Source: Dehalococcoidia bacterium
GTDB taxonomy: Bacteria > Chloroflexota > Dehalococcoidia > Plut-88900
Assembly: GCA_965197585.1 (NCBI GenBank)
Contig: OZ240215.1
Location: 2,944,001 to 3,008,000 of the forward strand
Direction of reading: 5' to 3'
DNA length: 64,000 bases
Part shown: positions 19,534 to 31,084 of the stretch, one piece after another
Layout of the letters: the number at the start of each line of letters is the position of its first letter
Position numbering within the stretch: the first letter of the stretch is position 1
Position numbers and translations under genes: made by a program
Notes under the pieces: model-generated
What the model was told of the DNA's origin: nothing
Seen by the model: only the letters and a program-made list of their open reading frames with translations
Database searches by the model: none

Positions 19534-20034
19534 CTAGTTGCTGTCGCCGTTGCCTGAAGCCCGCATCCACATGCTCTGGCCGACGATCACCAGCCACGAT
19601 ACGCCAACGGAGGCGAAGTAGGCCGTGTGCGAGAAAAGGACATCCGGGCCGGTCGCCGTAACGACGTTCGAGAAGGCGAATACTGTGAATATGATGGCGC
19701 TGATGAAGAGCCCCAGCAGTATCCACGGCTGACGCGCTGCCGAACCGGTTCGCATGAAGAACTGTATCAAGGCCCATAAGAAGATGACCCCGACGAGCAG
19801 TTCAAAGGCCGCCGTGAAGTAGAAGGCAAACTCGCCGAGACTCGTGCCCCAGCCCATCTTGTCCAGGGTGACGGTGAAGAAGTTTGTGTCGCCCTTCTCG
19901 GCGAATTTCACGCCGATGTGGACGCCGGGAATCACCTTGGCTAATCCGTTGGCGAGCCAGAAAAGCATCCAGAAGATGACTATCCCGAGCTCTAAAGAAC
20001 CCACTCGGACTACATAACTCTTCAAAGCACCCAT
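19534..20034 (-). CDS. 4-TM membrane protein
   Basis: Hydrophobic helices; AAGGAGG SD. Confidence 0.75.
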   Translation of the reverse strand: MGALKSYVVRVGSLELGIVIFWMLFWLANGLAKVIPGVHIGVKFAEKGDTNFFTVTLDKMGWGTSLGEFAFYFTAAFELLVGVIFLWALIQFFMRTGSAARQPWILLGLFISAIIFTVFAFSNVVTATGPDVLFSHTAYFASVGVSWLVIVGQSMWMRASGNGDSN

Positions 20035-20142
20035 CGCACGACCTCCTTGAGCTACTGCAGCGTCAGGATCCCGATGGCCGGATTATGAAGGATTTGTGGA
20101 TGAGGGGGCAAGGGGGGTGGGGTGGGGAGGTGCGGTATAGGT

Positions 20143-21000
20143 TTATGTGAGTGCGCTGGTTCCGGTGGTCTGGTCTTTGTTCAGTTTGCCGACTGCCGCC
20201 TTTATGGTCTCGGTTATGGCGTCATGAGGGACAACGACGCCGAGGCCGGAGTTCTCTTCGAAGATCATTCTCGGGCGGTCGGTCTGGGTGCTGACTGCGA
20301 TTTCCTGATAAGGGATATAGGCGGAGACCATGCCGATCAGCCCAGACCTGCAGTTAGGTTTTGTTCCTTCAATAGTGAGGGTCTCGGGCTTGAGGACGAC
20401 CGGGCCTCCACTGTTGCCGGGATAGATGGAAGCGTCTATCAGAAATGTTTGAGCATTGCCCTTGATCCAGTCCTGGGCCCGGGCGAAGATTCCCTGGCGC
20501 ACGATCGCGTAGTTCCGTTCATCGCCTGCTTCCCCCAGGGGAAAGCCCAAGACAAAGACCCCATCGCCTTCGCTCACATCGATTGCACGCAGTTCATCAC
20601 GGGTGTAAGTGTGCTCACCGGCGGCGAAGAAAAAGAACTCGATGCCGTCTGCCCGCAGCCGGTCGGCATTGACGGGCAGGACCGCCACGTCGGCTTCCTG
20701 GTGAATTGTCCAGGACGTAGAACCGTCGGGCTCTTTCAATAGTATCGGGTAAGTATGGGAAACGGCGCCCATGGGCCTGTTGAAGCGCGCATGCATCGTC
20801 GTGCCACGGTCACGCGCCTTGGTGAATACGTGCCGATTGGTTACAAGAAAAGTCCAGTATGTGGGCATACCGTTCTGGTCTTTCGCCTGGGTAGGATACC
20901 CGTACATGAACCCGGTCCCCATAAATCGAACTTGTTTGTCCTGGGCCTGCATTCCCAAGGCAACAACCGAGTTCATAAAGGAAGGAGGGATTAAGGCCAT
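20143..21000 (-). CDS. trypsin-like serine protease
   Basis: GTGF, LVTNRHV, DVAVL and PGNSGGPV triad motifs. Confidence 0.9.
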   Translation of the reverse strand: MALIPPSFMNSVVALGMQAQDKQVRFMGTGFMYGYPTQAKDQNGMPTYWTFLVTNRHVFTKARDRGTTMHARFNRPMGAVSHTYPILLKEPDGSTSWTIHQEADVAVLPVNADRLRADGIEFFFFAAGEHTYTRDELRAIDVSEGDGVFVLGFPLGEAGDERNYAIVRQGIFARAQDWIKGNAQTFLIDASIYPGNSGGPVVLKPETLTIEGTKPNCRSGLIGMVSAYIPYQEIAVSTQTDRPRMIFEENSGLGVVVPHDAITETIKAAVGKLNKDQTTGTSALT

Positions 21001-21286
21001 TGTGTCACCTGCTTTTTACTTAGCTACAAATCTTTGGCCTTCAAATGCCCCCATCGAGCGAGTTAGACAGGTCAGATTTTCTGGATAGTTCTCTATTTTC
21101 AATTAGATTATACCGGTGAATGCGGGCGGCCAATTTGTCGGGTGGGGGGAAGGTCGGGATGAACGGTAGGTTGCAGCGATTAACGATTTACCGGGCCTGT
21201 GATAACCTACGGCACGTTGAAGGGAGCCGGGGGTGATTCCGGACCTAGGGTTCGGGATGTAACTATCGGCAATTCGGATCACGGAG

Positions 21287-22366
21287 ATGGTACAGATGCG
21301 TCTTCTAATAACAGCGATATTACTTATAGCTCTTGTACTGACGGCTGTGGCGTGCCAGGGGGATGTCGGGCCTGAGGGGGAACAGGGGCGCGCCGGGCCT
21401 CCGGGTCCTGCGGGGCCGCCCGGACCTGCAGGACCGACGGGCCTCGCGGGCTCGCCCGGACCCCAAGGCCCCGCCGGGCCTCCGGGGCCCCAGGTAGAAG
21501 CTGTCCCCATGGATATTGATGAGGATGCCCTCATGGGCTTCTTTGATCTGTTCGGGGCGGGCCTTGCTGAGGGCTTGGGGGAGGCCGTGCCGGAGCCCGC
21601 GCCTGCGAAGTACGAAGTCGAGGAGTACACCCAGTGGTTCGTAAAGCAAGCAATCGAGAAATACAAGGCTGAAGGGTTGGAAGCGACCGTTGACTACTAC
21701 AACACGCTTGAGAGCGTGGACGGGCAGTGGTACATGTTCATAAGCGACCAGAGCGATACGATGATTGCTCACGGCGGCAATCCCGACCTGATTGACCGTC
21801 CCGTGTCGGCGGCTGTCGGGCCGAACAACTACCCTGCAGGTGATGCGGTAGTAGCGGTTGCCGACGAGGACGGCGAGTGGTTCAGCTACACGTTCCCGAA
21901 TCCCGCTGCGGGCGGGGTCGAGACGAAGCATTCCTGGATGGTGGAGTACGACGGGTTGACCTTTGGATCGGGGTGGTATGAGGCGGGGCCAATGAAGTCC
22001 GACAACCCGGCGTACACGCAGTCCTTCGTGCAGTCGGCGATAAGACTCTACGATGCCTTGGGGCGTCAGGCAACCGTCGCCTACTACAACACCGTCGAGA
22101 GCGTGGACGGTCAGTGGTACGTGTTCATTGTGAACGAGGAGGGCTACACGATAGGCCACCACAATCCGATGTTCAGGAACCGGGACCCGGCGGCCCGCGT
22201 GGACTCCACGGGGTACTTCTACGGCGGTGACTTGTTGTCTGCCACAGAGGCCGGGCGGTGGGTGGACTATGTACTGCTCAACCCGGAGACCGGGGACGAG
22301 CGTCAGAAACATACGTGGGCGGTGCTGCACGACGGGCTGATATTCGCCTCGGGGTGGTACGAGTAG
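21287..22366 (+). CDS. lipoprotein with collagen-like repeat and two tandem Cache-like domains
   Basis: Lipobox AVAC, 15 Gly-X-Y triplets, duplicated [14 protein letters not shown]…KH.W…DGL.F.SGWYE. Confidence 0.8.
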   Translation: MVQMRLLITAILLIALVLTAVACQGDVGPEGEQGRAGPPGPAGPPGPAGPTGLAGSPGPQGPAGPPGPQVEAVPMDIDEDALMGFFDLFGAGLAEGLGEAVPEPAPAKYEVEEYTQWFVKQAIEKYKAEGLEATVDYYNTLESVDGQWYMFISDQSDTMIAHGGNPDLIDRPVSAAVGPNNYPAGDAVVAVADEDGEWFSYTFPNPAAGGVETKHSWMVEYDGLTFGSGWYEAGPMKSDNPAYTQSFVQSAIRLYDALGRQATVAYYNTVESVDGQWYVFIVNEEGYTIGHHNPMFRNRDPAARVDSTGYFYGGDLLSATEAGRWVDYVLLNPETGDERQKHTWAVLHDGLIFASGWYE

Positions 22367-22627
22367 AGGGCAAGCGGAATCGACAAAGGCCACTTGTCCT
22401 TTGGTAAACCTGACGCGGCTCGGGGGGGGGGCGCCCACGAGGAGCCTGTCTCAAAAGGGAGGGGTGGGGCACCGTGGATGGAGGTGGACGGTACTGCAGG
22501 CTGGACCGTTGAACTTAGTGAGGGCGAGTAAACGCTAGCGGTCCAAGACTGCCCACCAATGAGTTTGCGATGCTGTACACTTGGCCTGCCTCGCTAGCAT
22601 AGTAGTGCGAACTCTCAGGCGGCCGGG

Positions 22628-24379
22628 GTGCAATTGGCCTCAGTAATTCGCGAAAACGAAAACGTACTTTACGAACCGGATGAAAAGCCCCCTCACCTGG
22701 TAGCGCTGGGGGCGGGGATCCAGGCTTCTGCGATCATGGTGACGCGTGTGGTGGTGACAGTGGTGATAGTGGCGCGGATAGCTGATCAACCAGAGAGCTA
22801 CGTCTCTTGGGCCGTGTTTGCGGCCTTGGCGGTGAGCGGGGTCATCACAGCGCTGCAGGCCGTCAAGATCGGGCGTGTAGGGGCGGGGCATGTACTAATT
22901 ATGGGCACGTCCGGGGCGTACATAGCCGTCTGCGCAGACGCGCTGAGCGAGGCGGGCCCCGCAACCATGGCGAGCCTCATCCTGGTCTCATCCCTGTTTC
23001 AGATTCTGCTGGCTTCCCGGCTATCGCTGCTTAGGCGGATATTCACGCCGGTCGTATCGGGCACGGTAATCATGCTGATAGCTGTTACGATCATGCCGGT
23101 GATGTTCGACATCCTGAATGAGGTCCCGGAAGGCGTTTCCAAAGGGGCCGCTCCCATTTCGGTGGGTGTGACCATTCTGGTGGTGGCGGGGCTCGTGCTG
23201 AGGGGGCCCCCGGCCTGGCGGTTGTGGTCACCGATAATCGGAATAGCGGTGGGCTCCTTAGCGGGTGCACCCTTCGGCCTATACGACGTGGGACAGATAC
23301 TGGACGCTCCGTGGGTTGGAGTACCGATGGGATCGTGGCCGGGGCTCGACGTAACCCCGGGCACGGAGTTCTGGGCACTGCTTCCTGCTTTCGTATTGTT
23401 CACTGCAGTCAGTTCCATAGAAACAATCGGGAATTCGGTGGCTATCCAGAGGGTGTCCCAGCGCAGGCCACGGGCGACGGATTACCGGGTGGTGCAGGGG
23501 GCGCTGAACGCCGACGGAGTGGGGAAATTTCTATCGGGCTTCGCGGGGACGCTGCCCAGCACGCCCTACGGAACAAGCGTAGCCATGGCGGAGGTGACGG
23601 GAGTCTCGGCCCGGCGGGTGGGGGTCATCATCGGAGCGATCTTCGTGGCAGTGGCATTCTTTCCAAAGTTTACGGCCGTGTTGATCGCGATCCCGGCCCC
23701 CGTGGCTGCCGGCTTCTTGACGGTCCTCATCGGGTTGCTGTTCGTGCAGGGAATGAGAGTCATAATTCAGGACGGGGTCGATCACCGAAAGGCCGTCCTT
23801 GTAGGGATGTCTTTCTGGCTGGGAACGGGGTTCCAGAACGGATGGATATTCCCTGAACTGCTGGGAGAAGGCTTCCTGGGCATTCTGCTGGGCAACGGGA
23901 TGACTGCGGGGGCGATGATTGCGGTAATAATGATGGTGTTTCTGGAGTTGACAAGCCCCCGACGAAAACGCTTGAGGGTTGCCCTGGATATTGAATCCCT
24001 GCCAAAGTTGAATGATTTCCTTGAGGAGTTTGCAACGAAGGCCGGATGGGACTCCGAGTCGATGCAGCGGCTGAGATTGGTCGGGGAGGAGACGTTGACC
24101 AGCCTGCTTTCCGCAGAAGGCGACGACGTAGACAGAGACAAACCACATAGTTTAAGTGTGAGCGCGCGGGCGACAGGGGAAGGGGCGGAACTGGAGTTTG
24201 TATCGACGGTAGGGGAGGAAAACCTGGAGGACAGGCTGGCATACGTGGGAGAATCAGTGGAAATCGCCGACACTCGTGAAATATCCTTCCGGCTGCTGCG
24301 TCATTATGCGTCGTCGTTACGCCACCAGAAGTACCACGGCATGGACATTGTCACGGTACACGTGGACAAGACTCGATAG
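22628..24379 (+). CDS. NCS2 (xanthine/uracil) permease with C-terminal RsbW/HATPase-like extension
   Basis: YEPDEKPP, SSIETIG, ALNADG and TGVSARRVG motifs; ~140-aa soluble tail. Confidence 0.8.
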   Translation: MQLASVIRENENVLYEPDEKPPHLVALGAGIQASAIMVTRVVVTVVIVARIADQPESYVSWAVFAALAVSGVITALQAVKIGRVGAGHVLIMGTSGAYIAVCADALSEAGPATMASLILVSSLFQILLASRLSLLRRIFTPVVSGTVIMLIAVTIMPVMFDILNEVPEGVSKGAAPISVGVTILVVAGLVLRGPPAWRLWSPIIGIAVGSLAGAPFGLYDVGQILDAPWVGVPMGSWPGLDVTPGTEFWALLPAFVLFTAVSSIETIGNSVAIQRVSQRRPRATDYRVVQGALNADGVGKFLSGFAGTLPSTPYGTSVAMAEVTGVSARRVGVIIGAIFVAVAFFPKFTAVLIAIPAPVAAGFLTVLIGLLFVQGMRVIIQDGVDHRKAVLVGMSFWLGTGFQNGWIFPELLGEGFLGILLGNGMTAGAMIAVIMMVFLELTSPRRKRLRVALDIESLPKLNDFLEEFATKAGWDSESMQRLRLVGEETLTSLLSAEGDDVDRDKPHSLSVSARATGEGAELEFVSTVGEENLEDRLAYVGESVEIADTREISFRLLRHYASSLRHQKYHGMDIVTVHVDKTR

Positions 24380-24398
24380 GGGTCCGGTTACCTGGACC

Positions 24399-26090
24399 CT
24401 ACTTCCTGCGGGGGGTGCCGCCCTTGCTGATCTTCCCCCAGGTGTCCCTGAGCGAGACCGTGCGGTTGAACACCGGCGATCCAGTCTCGGAGTCCGGGTC
24501 CACGGCGAAGTAGCCAAGCCGCTCGAACTGGAACCTTTCGCCCGGGAGGGCATCGGAGAGGCTTGGCTCGACCTTGGCGTCGGCGACGACTTCCAGCGAA
24601 TCGGGGTTCAGGGTCGAGAGGAAGTCTGCTTCCTCGTCGGGGCGCTCCGACGTGAAGAGGTGCTCGTACAGCCGGATCTCTGCCTCTACGGCGTGTCTAG
24701 CCGAGACCCAATGGATCGTGCCCTTCACCTTCCGGCCGTCGGGCGACTGTCCGCCGCGGGTCTTGGGGTCGTATGTGCAGCGCAGCTCGACGATCTCACC
24801 GGCGTCGTCCTTGACCACGTCGGTGCAGGTGATGAAGTAGCCGTAGCGCAGCCGGACCTCGCGCCCGGGGGCGAGGCGGAAGAATTTTTTCGGCGGGTCC
24901 TCCATGAAGTCGTTCCGCTCGATGTACAGCTCCCGGGAGAAGGGCACCTTGCGAGATCCCGCGCCGGGGTCTTCGGGGTTGTTAACGGCGTCAAGGTGCT
25001 CGACCTGCCCATCGGGGTAGTTTTCGATAACCACTTTGAGGGGCCTCAGGACGGCCAGCACTCGAGCCGCCCGCGTGTTCAGGTCGTCGCGGATGGCGTG
25101 TTCCAGCAGGGCGATTTCAATGACGTTCTGCCTCTTGGCAACCCCGACCAGATCGCAGAACCGGCGTATGGACTCCGGCGTATAGCCGCGCCTGCGAAGG
25201 CCGGCAAGGGTCGGCATCCGGGGGTCGTCCCAGCCGCTCACATGCCCCTCGTTGACGAGCTGGGCCAGTTTGCGCTTGCTCATCACGGTATGGCTCATAT
25301 TCAGCCGTGCGAACTCGATTTGCTGCGGGTGGTAGATGTCCAGGGCGTCGAGGATCCAGTCGTAGAGGGGCCGATGGTCCTCATACTCCATTGTGCAGAT
25401 CGAGTGGGTGACACCCTCCACGGAGTCGGATTGCCCGTGGGCGAAGTCGTACATGGGGTAGACCACCCACTTATCACCCGTGCGGTGATGCGGCGTCTTC
25501 AGGACCCGGTACAGAACGGGGTCCCGCATGTTGATGTTGCCGGAGGACATGTCGATTCTGGCCCGCAGGACTCGCTGCCCTTCGTTAACCTCGCCGTTCT
25601 TCATGCCTTCGAATAGGGCCAGGTTTTCCTCGACGGAGCGGTTCCTGTAGGGGCTCTCGACACCCGGCTCCGTGAGGGTGCCGCGGTATTTGCGAATCTG
25701 CTCCTGGTCCAGGTCGTCGACGTAGGCCTTGCCCTTGTTGATGAGGTCGATTGCGAAGTCGTAGAGCTTGTCGAAGTGGTCGGAGGCGAAGTAGAGGTGC
25801 TCGCCCCAGTCCCAGCCGAGCCAGCGGACATCCTCCAGGATGCCGTCGACGAACTCCTCCTCCTCTTTGGCGGGGTTGGTGTCGTCGAAGCGCATGTGGC
25901 AGCGGCCACCGTACTCCTGGGCCAGCCCGAAATTGAGGCACATGGACTTGGCGTGGCCGATGTGGAGGTAGCCGTTGGGCTCAGGCGGGAAGCGGGTGAT
26001 GACCTGTCCGCCGAACCGCCCGGAGGCGTTGTCGGCCTCGACGGCGGAGCGCACGAAGTCCAGGGAGGGTTTGGTTTCGGTTTCAGTCAT
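24399..26090 (-). CDS. glnS: glutamine--tRNA ligase
   Basis: [29 protein letters not shown] and FQFERLGYF motifs; TATAAT at ~26120-26125. Confidence 0.97.
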   Translation of the reverse strand: MTETETKPSLDFVRSAVEADNASGRFGGQVITRFPPEPNGYLHIGHAKSMCLNFGLAQEYGGRCHMRFDDTNPAKEEEEFVDGILEDVRWLGWDWGEHLYFASDHFDKLYDFAIDLINKGKAYVDDLDQEQIRKYRGTLTEPGVESPYRNRSVEENLALFEGMKNGEVNEGQRVLRARIDMSSGNINMRDPVLYRVLKTPHHRTGDKWVVYPMYDFAHGQSDSVEGVTHSICTMEYEDHRPLYDWILDALDIYHPQQIEFARLNMSHTVMSKRKLAQLVNEGHVSGWDDPRMPTLAGLRRRGYTPESIRRFCDLVGVAKRQNVIEIALLEHAIRDDLNTRAARVLAVLRPLKVVIENYPDGQVEHLDAVNNPEDPGAGSRKVPFSRELYIERNDFMEDPPKKFFRLAPGREVRLRYGYFITCTDVVKDDAGEIVELRCTYDPKTRGGQSPDGRKVKGTIHWVSARHAVEAEIRLYEHLFTSERPDEEADFLSTLNPDSLEVVADAKVEPSLSDALPGERFQFERLGYFAVDPDSETGSPVFNRTVSLRDTWGKISKGGTPRRK

Positions 26091-26146
26091 GGTGTTGGTC
26101 GGCGATTTGATGCCGACACATTATAGTCGGGTGGAAGGGGGAGGGG

Positions 26147-26856
26147 GATTCAGTCCTCCTGAGGCGGATCTTCGATTGTGGGGGTTTTGATTGTTTTGTT
26201 GGTAGGGGGTTGGCGATGGAAGACGTCCGTTGAGCCTGTCAGCCTCTACGCTCGTGCGGTGTTCCGGCTGTCGGGGGCCTAGAGGGTCCGCTCCGCGGGT
26301 GAGGAGGAGGGACTTGCAGCCGGCCGCACCCTAGCGCTCGATGGAGGGCTCCGACTGCCCGGGCAGACAGTCAGGCCTTGACCCCGCCTCTGAATGCCCG
26401 CAGGCATGATGGGGGCCAGTGATCGGGCAGTAGCCCCCTCAGATATCCTATGTTACGTGGGCCACCCGAGGGTCTAGGCGGCCCATCAGCCCCCTGCTTG
26501 ATATGGCGTAAGCTCGCAAGGCGGGCCAACCTCCGAGAGGTAGTCTCGGCCGGGGATAGCCGGTCCGCTACCCCATGCTTGATATAGCGTAAGCTCGCTG
26601 CTAACCGACCACCGAGACGGCGTCTCGGCGGGGTATGGCCGGTCCGCTATGGCTCTGTCCAGGGCGTCTTTCCATCGCCTGGGTAGGGAAGGGGCACGGA
26701 ACCCGATGGGATGAGGAGATGGCGATTGTCGCTTGAGCCGCGGGCCCCGTGTATGGGCCGTTGGGATGGGCTTGGGCGTTGAGTCCTCGGGTGGGTCGGG
26801 TGGGCTTCCCTGGGTTTTTGGTTCCTCCTTGAGATAGTTAGGGTGGTGTTCGAACG
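26147..26856 (-). ncRNA. candidate large ncRNA, copy 2
   Basis: Same leader and 3' tail (cacaatcgaa…ccgcctcaggaggactgaat) as copy 1; helix 26212-26228/26662-26679. Confidence 0.6.
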
Positions 26857-26862
26857 GTGGGG

Positions 26863-26892
26863 ATAATAGCACGGGTGTGCGAGTCGAGTCAA
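26863..26892 (-). promoter_or_regulatory. promoter of ncRNA copy 2
   Basis: TTGACT-18-TATTAT, with GCAC-accc-GTGC abutting the -10. Confidence 0.6.
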
Positions 26893-26916
26893 GGGGCTGA
26901 TTGCACACTTGGGGGG

Positions 26917-27140
26917 ACACCGCCCCAGCCCCACCGGGGAACCTTCACCCCCTTGATCCCCCTCTCACGCCACAGGCGCACGCCCAGGCGCATCTTCGAC
27001 ATCTTCGACCCTTAGGGCCTATAAGGGAGAGGGGGAGGGAAGAACAGAGGCAGATGTTGGCGCTTCTGCGCCAACGTCTGCCTCTAGTTCAGTACTGGAG
27101 AGAGGAGGGATGGATTCACGAAAGGGGTCGGGAATGACGG
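26917..27140. repeat. composite REP/MITE block
   Basis: Collinear with 5175-5430; hairpin at 27046-27085. Confidence 0.75.
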
Positions 27141-27287
27141 GGGGGGTCGGAGGGGGTGGGGGGGTGAGCCCGACGGATGGTCGCTCAGCATTGGCAAGGG
27201 GCGTTGTCATAAAGTAGATGTCGACCTGGTTAGGTAGTGAGTGTGCCGCAGATTAGAGCCTCCTAACGACGTGAATTGTATACAGTG

Positions 27288-29213
27288 TCATGCACTGCTC
27301 GGGCTACTGAAATCAACACCTATGGATTTTTCTTTACGTTTCAATAGTTTTCTTAGGATCCAGTCTCGTACCTGTTTGCGAATGCCTTTTAGCGTAAGAC
27401 CGAACCAACGATTTAGTAACGTTAGCGCTCCTACCATGACAATAAATGGGACGGCTATTATTCCGGCTATGGAAGATACGGTCAAAGAAACAATTACACT
27501 AGCTGCAATGTCCCCAACCATAAGGAGTCCAATCAGGACAGCTAGAATGTTCGCATATATCTCTGCCCGTCTGCTACACTGCCAATACACATTCTTCTTA
27601 AGCTTGCTATAGCGATTATAGGATATCGTTAATTCTTCACGTGTCCTTTGGTGCTCCTTTTGCTCCGCAGCGAGTTTATTAGCTTCCTCTTTTTTTATCT
27701 CATTAGACACACGCTCTAAGGTCTCAGTGACGGTCTCCTCAGTCAGAGCACTGTCATCGCCAAGTGTCAGATGCATTAGCTCACGGTGTACCAGAGGACT
27801 GGATCTGAGCAGTTCATGATCTCGCACTGTTATGGATCCACGCTGTTGAAGCCTTTCGATTTCCTTCAGGTACTTGCCTAATAGTTCCTTTGAAGGCTCT
27901 AAAGCAGCATAGGAGAACGCCAACAACTGAGTCATCGGTATAGAAGGTGCCCCCATGGGAGCTTTCAACCATGCAATGTTTGCCAAGGTGAATTCATGAA
28001 TCACGCTTGATACATTTCTCGACGACATATGCTGTTGGCCGAAATCCCAAGCGGCCCTTGCAAAGCCGCGGTTGCTTGTTACCAGAACGGCGTGGGAATC
28101 CTCGAGGTTAGAAACTGGTGCATCTGCTCTTAGTGCGTAAATGCTTCTTACAGAATTGATATCGTACTCCCTAGCACGAGGATTGTGATACTGCACTTCT
28201 TCATCAAGAACATATTCGAACATAGTTTCATCTATCTGGAATTTTTCAATGTACTTGGGTGTTATAGCTATTTCTATTCCACTCTTAGCAAGTTCCTCGT
28301 TGAGAGACTCAGCGAGTAACAGAATGTCTGACTTTGTCAGACTACGCTTTCTGGCTTCATAAACTATGACTCCACGAGGATCCAGATCATACAGGTGGCT
28401 AGCAGCACTGTAGAGGACACTCCGTAGTTCATCGCGGGAATGCGAAAAAGCAGCGACTCTGCCTTTGAGGTTAGTAACTAGGCCAATTAGTTCCTTGACT
28501 GCGGCTTGCTTCGCTTCGCCGTGGCTTCCAAGGCTACTCACGAGTAGGGGTGTATCGAGGTAAAAGGTGACATTCCGGTAATTGCTGTTGGAGCTCTGGA
28601 GGTCAGGACACATCAATGCGTTAGCGAGCATGTGCCCCTGCACTAATATAAGGAAACTGTCGAAACGTTCTGGACTTGTTGCTTGTAAATGTTGAACGTA
28701 GTGACTAACTAATACGATTCTGGAAGGATGTGTACCATTAAGGTCGGGGATAGCTGTACCTCGTAAGTAGGAGCGCAAGCACTGGATATTGAAGTTAGAC
28801 AAGAATGTACATATCGCCTCTACGGCCGCTTCCTCGTTGCAAAGTGGCTTTGCAGTTTCCTTAGAGAATGCTAGCAATTCATTCACTACTGCTTGAATAT
28901 GACGTCGCGCTTCCGCTTGTTTGGACTCGATCTGAGGATCCGGCACATTACCGGATTTGCGGTATATTCCACTGTCTCTTTTAATGAAATTCCGCTTTGC
29001 GATACGTCTCAAGACAATACCAACAATGTGTTCGGGAATCTCTAGGCCGAAGTCGTCTCTAATTGATTGGCAGACTCCTTTACTTGTGATAGGCCCATCG
29101 TTGTGATGAAACAAAACCTGGAGAACGAAAGGCTTGAGGTACTCGAAGTAATCTCTCCCTTGATCAATATTTACTTTCAGTATTGCTAAGCTAGTAAGTG
29201 TGTTAGTGGTCAT
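27288..29213 (-). CDS. low-GC protein with PIN-like domain and C-terminal TM pair
   Basis: FYLDTPLL…YDINSV…VLVTSN resembles the PIN fold; coiled coil, then two hydrophobic helices. Confidence 0.6.
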   Translation of the reverse strand: MTTNTLTSLAILKVNIDQGRDYFEYLKPFVLQVLFHHNDGPITSKGVCQSIRDDFGLEIPEHIVGIVLRRIAKRNFIKRDSGIYRKSGNVPDPQIESKQAEARRHIQAVVNELLAFSKETAKPLCNEEAAVEAICTFLSNFNIQCLRSYLRGTAIPDLNGTHPSRIVLVSHYVQHLQATSPERFDSFLILVQGHMLANALMCPDLQSSNSNYRNVTFYLDTPLLVSSLGSHGEAKQAAVKELIGLVTNLKGRVAAFSHSRDELRSVLYSAASHLYDLDPRGVIVYEARKRSLTKSDILLLAESLNEELAKSGIEIAITPKYIEKFQIDETMFEYVLDEEVQYHNPRAREYDINSVRSIYALRADAPVSNLEDSHAVLVTSNRGFARAAWDFGQQHMSSRNVSSVIHEFTLANIAWLKAPMGAPSIPMTQLLAFSYAALEPSKELLGKYLKEIERLQQRGSITVRDHELLRSSPLVHRELMHLTLGDDSALTEETVTETLERVSNEIKKEEANKLAAEQKEHQRTREELTISYNRYSKLKKNVYWQCSRRAEIYANILAVLIGLLMVGDIAASVIVSLTVSSIAGIIAVPFIVMVGALTLLNRWFGLTLKGIRKQVRDWILRKLLKRKEKSIGVDFSSPSSA

Positions 29214-29583
29214 CAAATCTTCCTGAGACTGCGGAACTTGACTCTGCCCCTATCCCTGAATCTAATCTATGCCTGTGATGGCGAGGGAACTGGGCTAGTA
29301 TGAGGATTCTAAGAGGCCACAATTATGGATCTGATTATACCCTTCCTCTCTACATATCTACATGGGCCGAACCATGGCTTTACCGCTCAGTGGGAGCCTG
29401 ACATCATATGGGGTTCCCCTCTTCTACAGCAAAGAACTTTTGGCCAAAGATCCCGTTAGAATAAACGTATGCCTTCGTGTTCCGACGGGAGGAAGCCCAA
29501 CAACCGAGACCCGATGAATTCACCCACCCCAAAACACCCCCCCACTCGTAACCCCACCCCTATCTCCACGTTAAAGTATATGC

Positions 29584-30990
29584 ATGAACTCTTTTAACCG
29601 CGTCCCTAGACTTGTCTTATTCGTCCTAGCCGCCCTCGTGGCCCTCGCCCTCGTGGTGGCCTGTGGTGGTAGTGAGCCGACGGCGATGCCGACTTCGACG
29701 GCTGTGCCCACCACCCCGCCCACGGCGACCCTCGCTCCGACTCAGGAATCCACGGAAGCTCCCACGCCGACTCCGGACCCCCTTGCGCAGAGGGTGTGGG
29801 ATACGGCGGTGATGCTGGCGGAGGAGTTGAGCCCCAGGGAGAGTGCAACGGAGGAGGAGCTTAGGGCGGCGAAGTATTTGGCGGGTCGGTTCTCGGGGTG
29901 GGGGTATGAGGTGGGGTTGCAGGACTTTGAGGCGGTGGAGATTAGTAGGGCGACCCGGCTGGTGGTCACGGGGCCGGGGGATGCCGTGGAGGGGTTGGCG
30001 CGTCTCGGGTTCAGGGACGGCGAGGGTGTATGGATGTTTGCCTTTCCGGCGGACCCGTCATCCCTGGCCGAGGAGGGGTACAGGCTGGAGGGAGACCTGG
30101 CGTACGCGGGCCGGGGCACGGGGGAGGACTTCTCGGGGGTCGACCTTAGGGGCAAGATCGCGCTGATAGAGGGGGGTGGGGGGGTGTCTTTGAGGGAGAA
30201 GGTGGAGGGCGCTGCGGAAGCCGGTGCCAAGGCAGCGGTGATATTTAATGAGGAGACCAATGCTGGGGCGTCCTGGGAGAGATTGTACGAAGAAACGATG
30301 ATTCCGGCCATCGGGATCGGGAATCGGGAGGGGCGGGGGTTGTTGCGGGCTTTGGAAACGGGGGGCACCGTGGAGGTAAGGGTCTCCAAATCGCCGTTGG
30401 CGCAACAGCCGTCCCGGAACGTCGTCGCAGAGCTGGAGAATGACATAGAGAACGACGAGACGCTGATAATCGGGGCGCACTACGATACGACGCCCGATTC
30501 TCCCGGCGCCAATGACAACGGCAGCGGCGTGGCGGCGGCCCTGGTCGTTGCGGAAGAGCTATCGGACGACGAGCTTCCCTTCGACCTGAGGTTCGTGCTT
30601 TTCGGGTCGGAGGAGATAGGGCTTAACGGCAGCTTTGCGTATGTCGGGGGGCTGGGGGAGGGGGGGTCGGAGAACATATTGGCGATGATTAACCTGGACG
30701 TGGTGGGGACGGGGAAGCTGACGGGGATTGGGTCGGACAGCATGGTCGAGTTGTCGGTGGAGACGGCGTCGGATATCGGTTTCGAACTGGGCACTGTGGA
30801 CCTTGGTGCGGGCTACGGCTCCGACCACATAGCCTTCATGCTGGCCGGCATCGACGTTATCTTCCTGTTCGCCGACGACGTGACCTACATCAACTCGCCC
30901 CTGGACACGCTGGAGCACCTGCAACCCGAGCCTCTGGCGCAGAGTGTCGAGTTGACGCTGGAGATAGTCGAGCGGCTGGCGGAGCAATAG
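29584..30990 (+). CDS. M28 aminopeptidase with PA domain (lipoprotein)
   Basis: VVAC lipobox, GAHYDT, GANDNGSG, GSEEIGL and SDH motifs. Confidence 0.92.
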   Translation: MNSFNRVPRLVLFVLAALVALALVVACGGSEPTAMPTSTAVPTTPPTATLAPTQESTEAPTPTPDPLAQRVWDTAVMLAEELSPRESATEEELRAAKYLAGRFSGWGYEVGLQDFEAVEISRATRLVVTGPGDAVEGLARLGFRDGEGVWMFAFPADPSSLAEEGYRLEGDLAYAGRGTGEDFSGVDLRGKIALIEGGGGVSLREKVEGAAEAGAKAAVIFNEETNAGASWERLYEETMIPAIGIGNREGRGLLRALETGGTVEVRVSKSPLAQQPSRNVVAELENDIENDETLIIGAHYDTTPDSPGANDNGSGVAAALVVAEELSDDELPFDLRFVLFGSEEIGLNGSFAYVGGLGEGGSENILAMINLDVVGTGKLTGIGSDSMVELSVETASDIGFELGTVDLGAGYGSDHIAFMLAGIDVIFLFADDVTYINSPLDTLEHLQPEPLAQSVELTLEIVERLAEQ

Positions 30991-31084
30991 GGAAATTGGA
31001 GTGGGTCGGGGGTTATCAGAATGGCTGAGGGTGGGATAGAATTGTCACAAATCGCTCGGTTCCTCGGAGGGAGAGAACAGTACA

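Noticed and set aside
26100-26900. T-box leader for glnS
   Set aside because: No T-box consensus with terminator. The same element occurs in contexts unrelated to synthetases, and glnS has its own -10.
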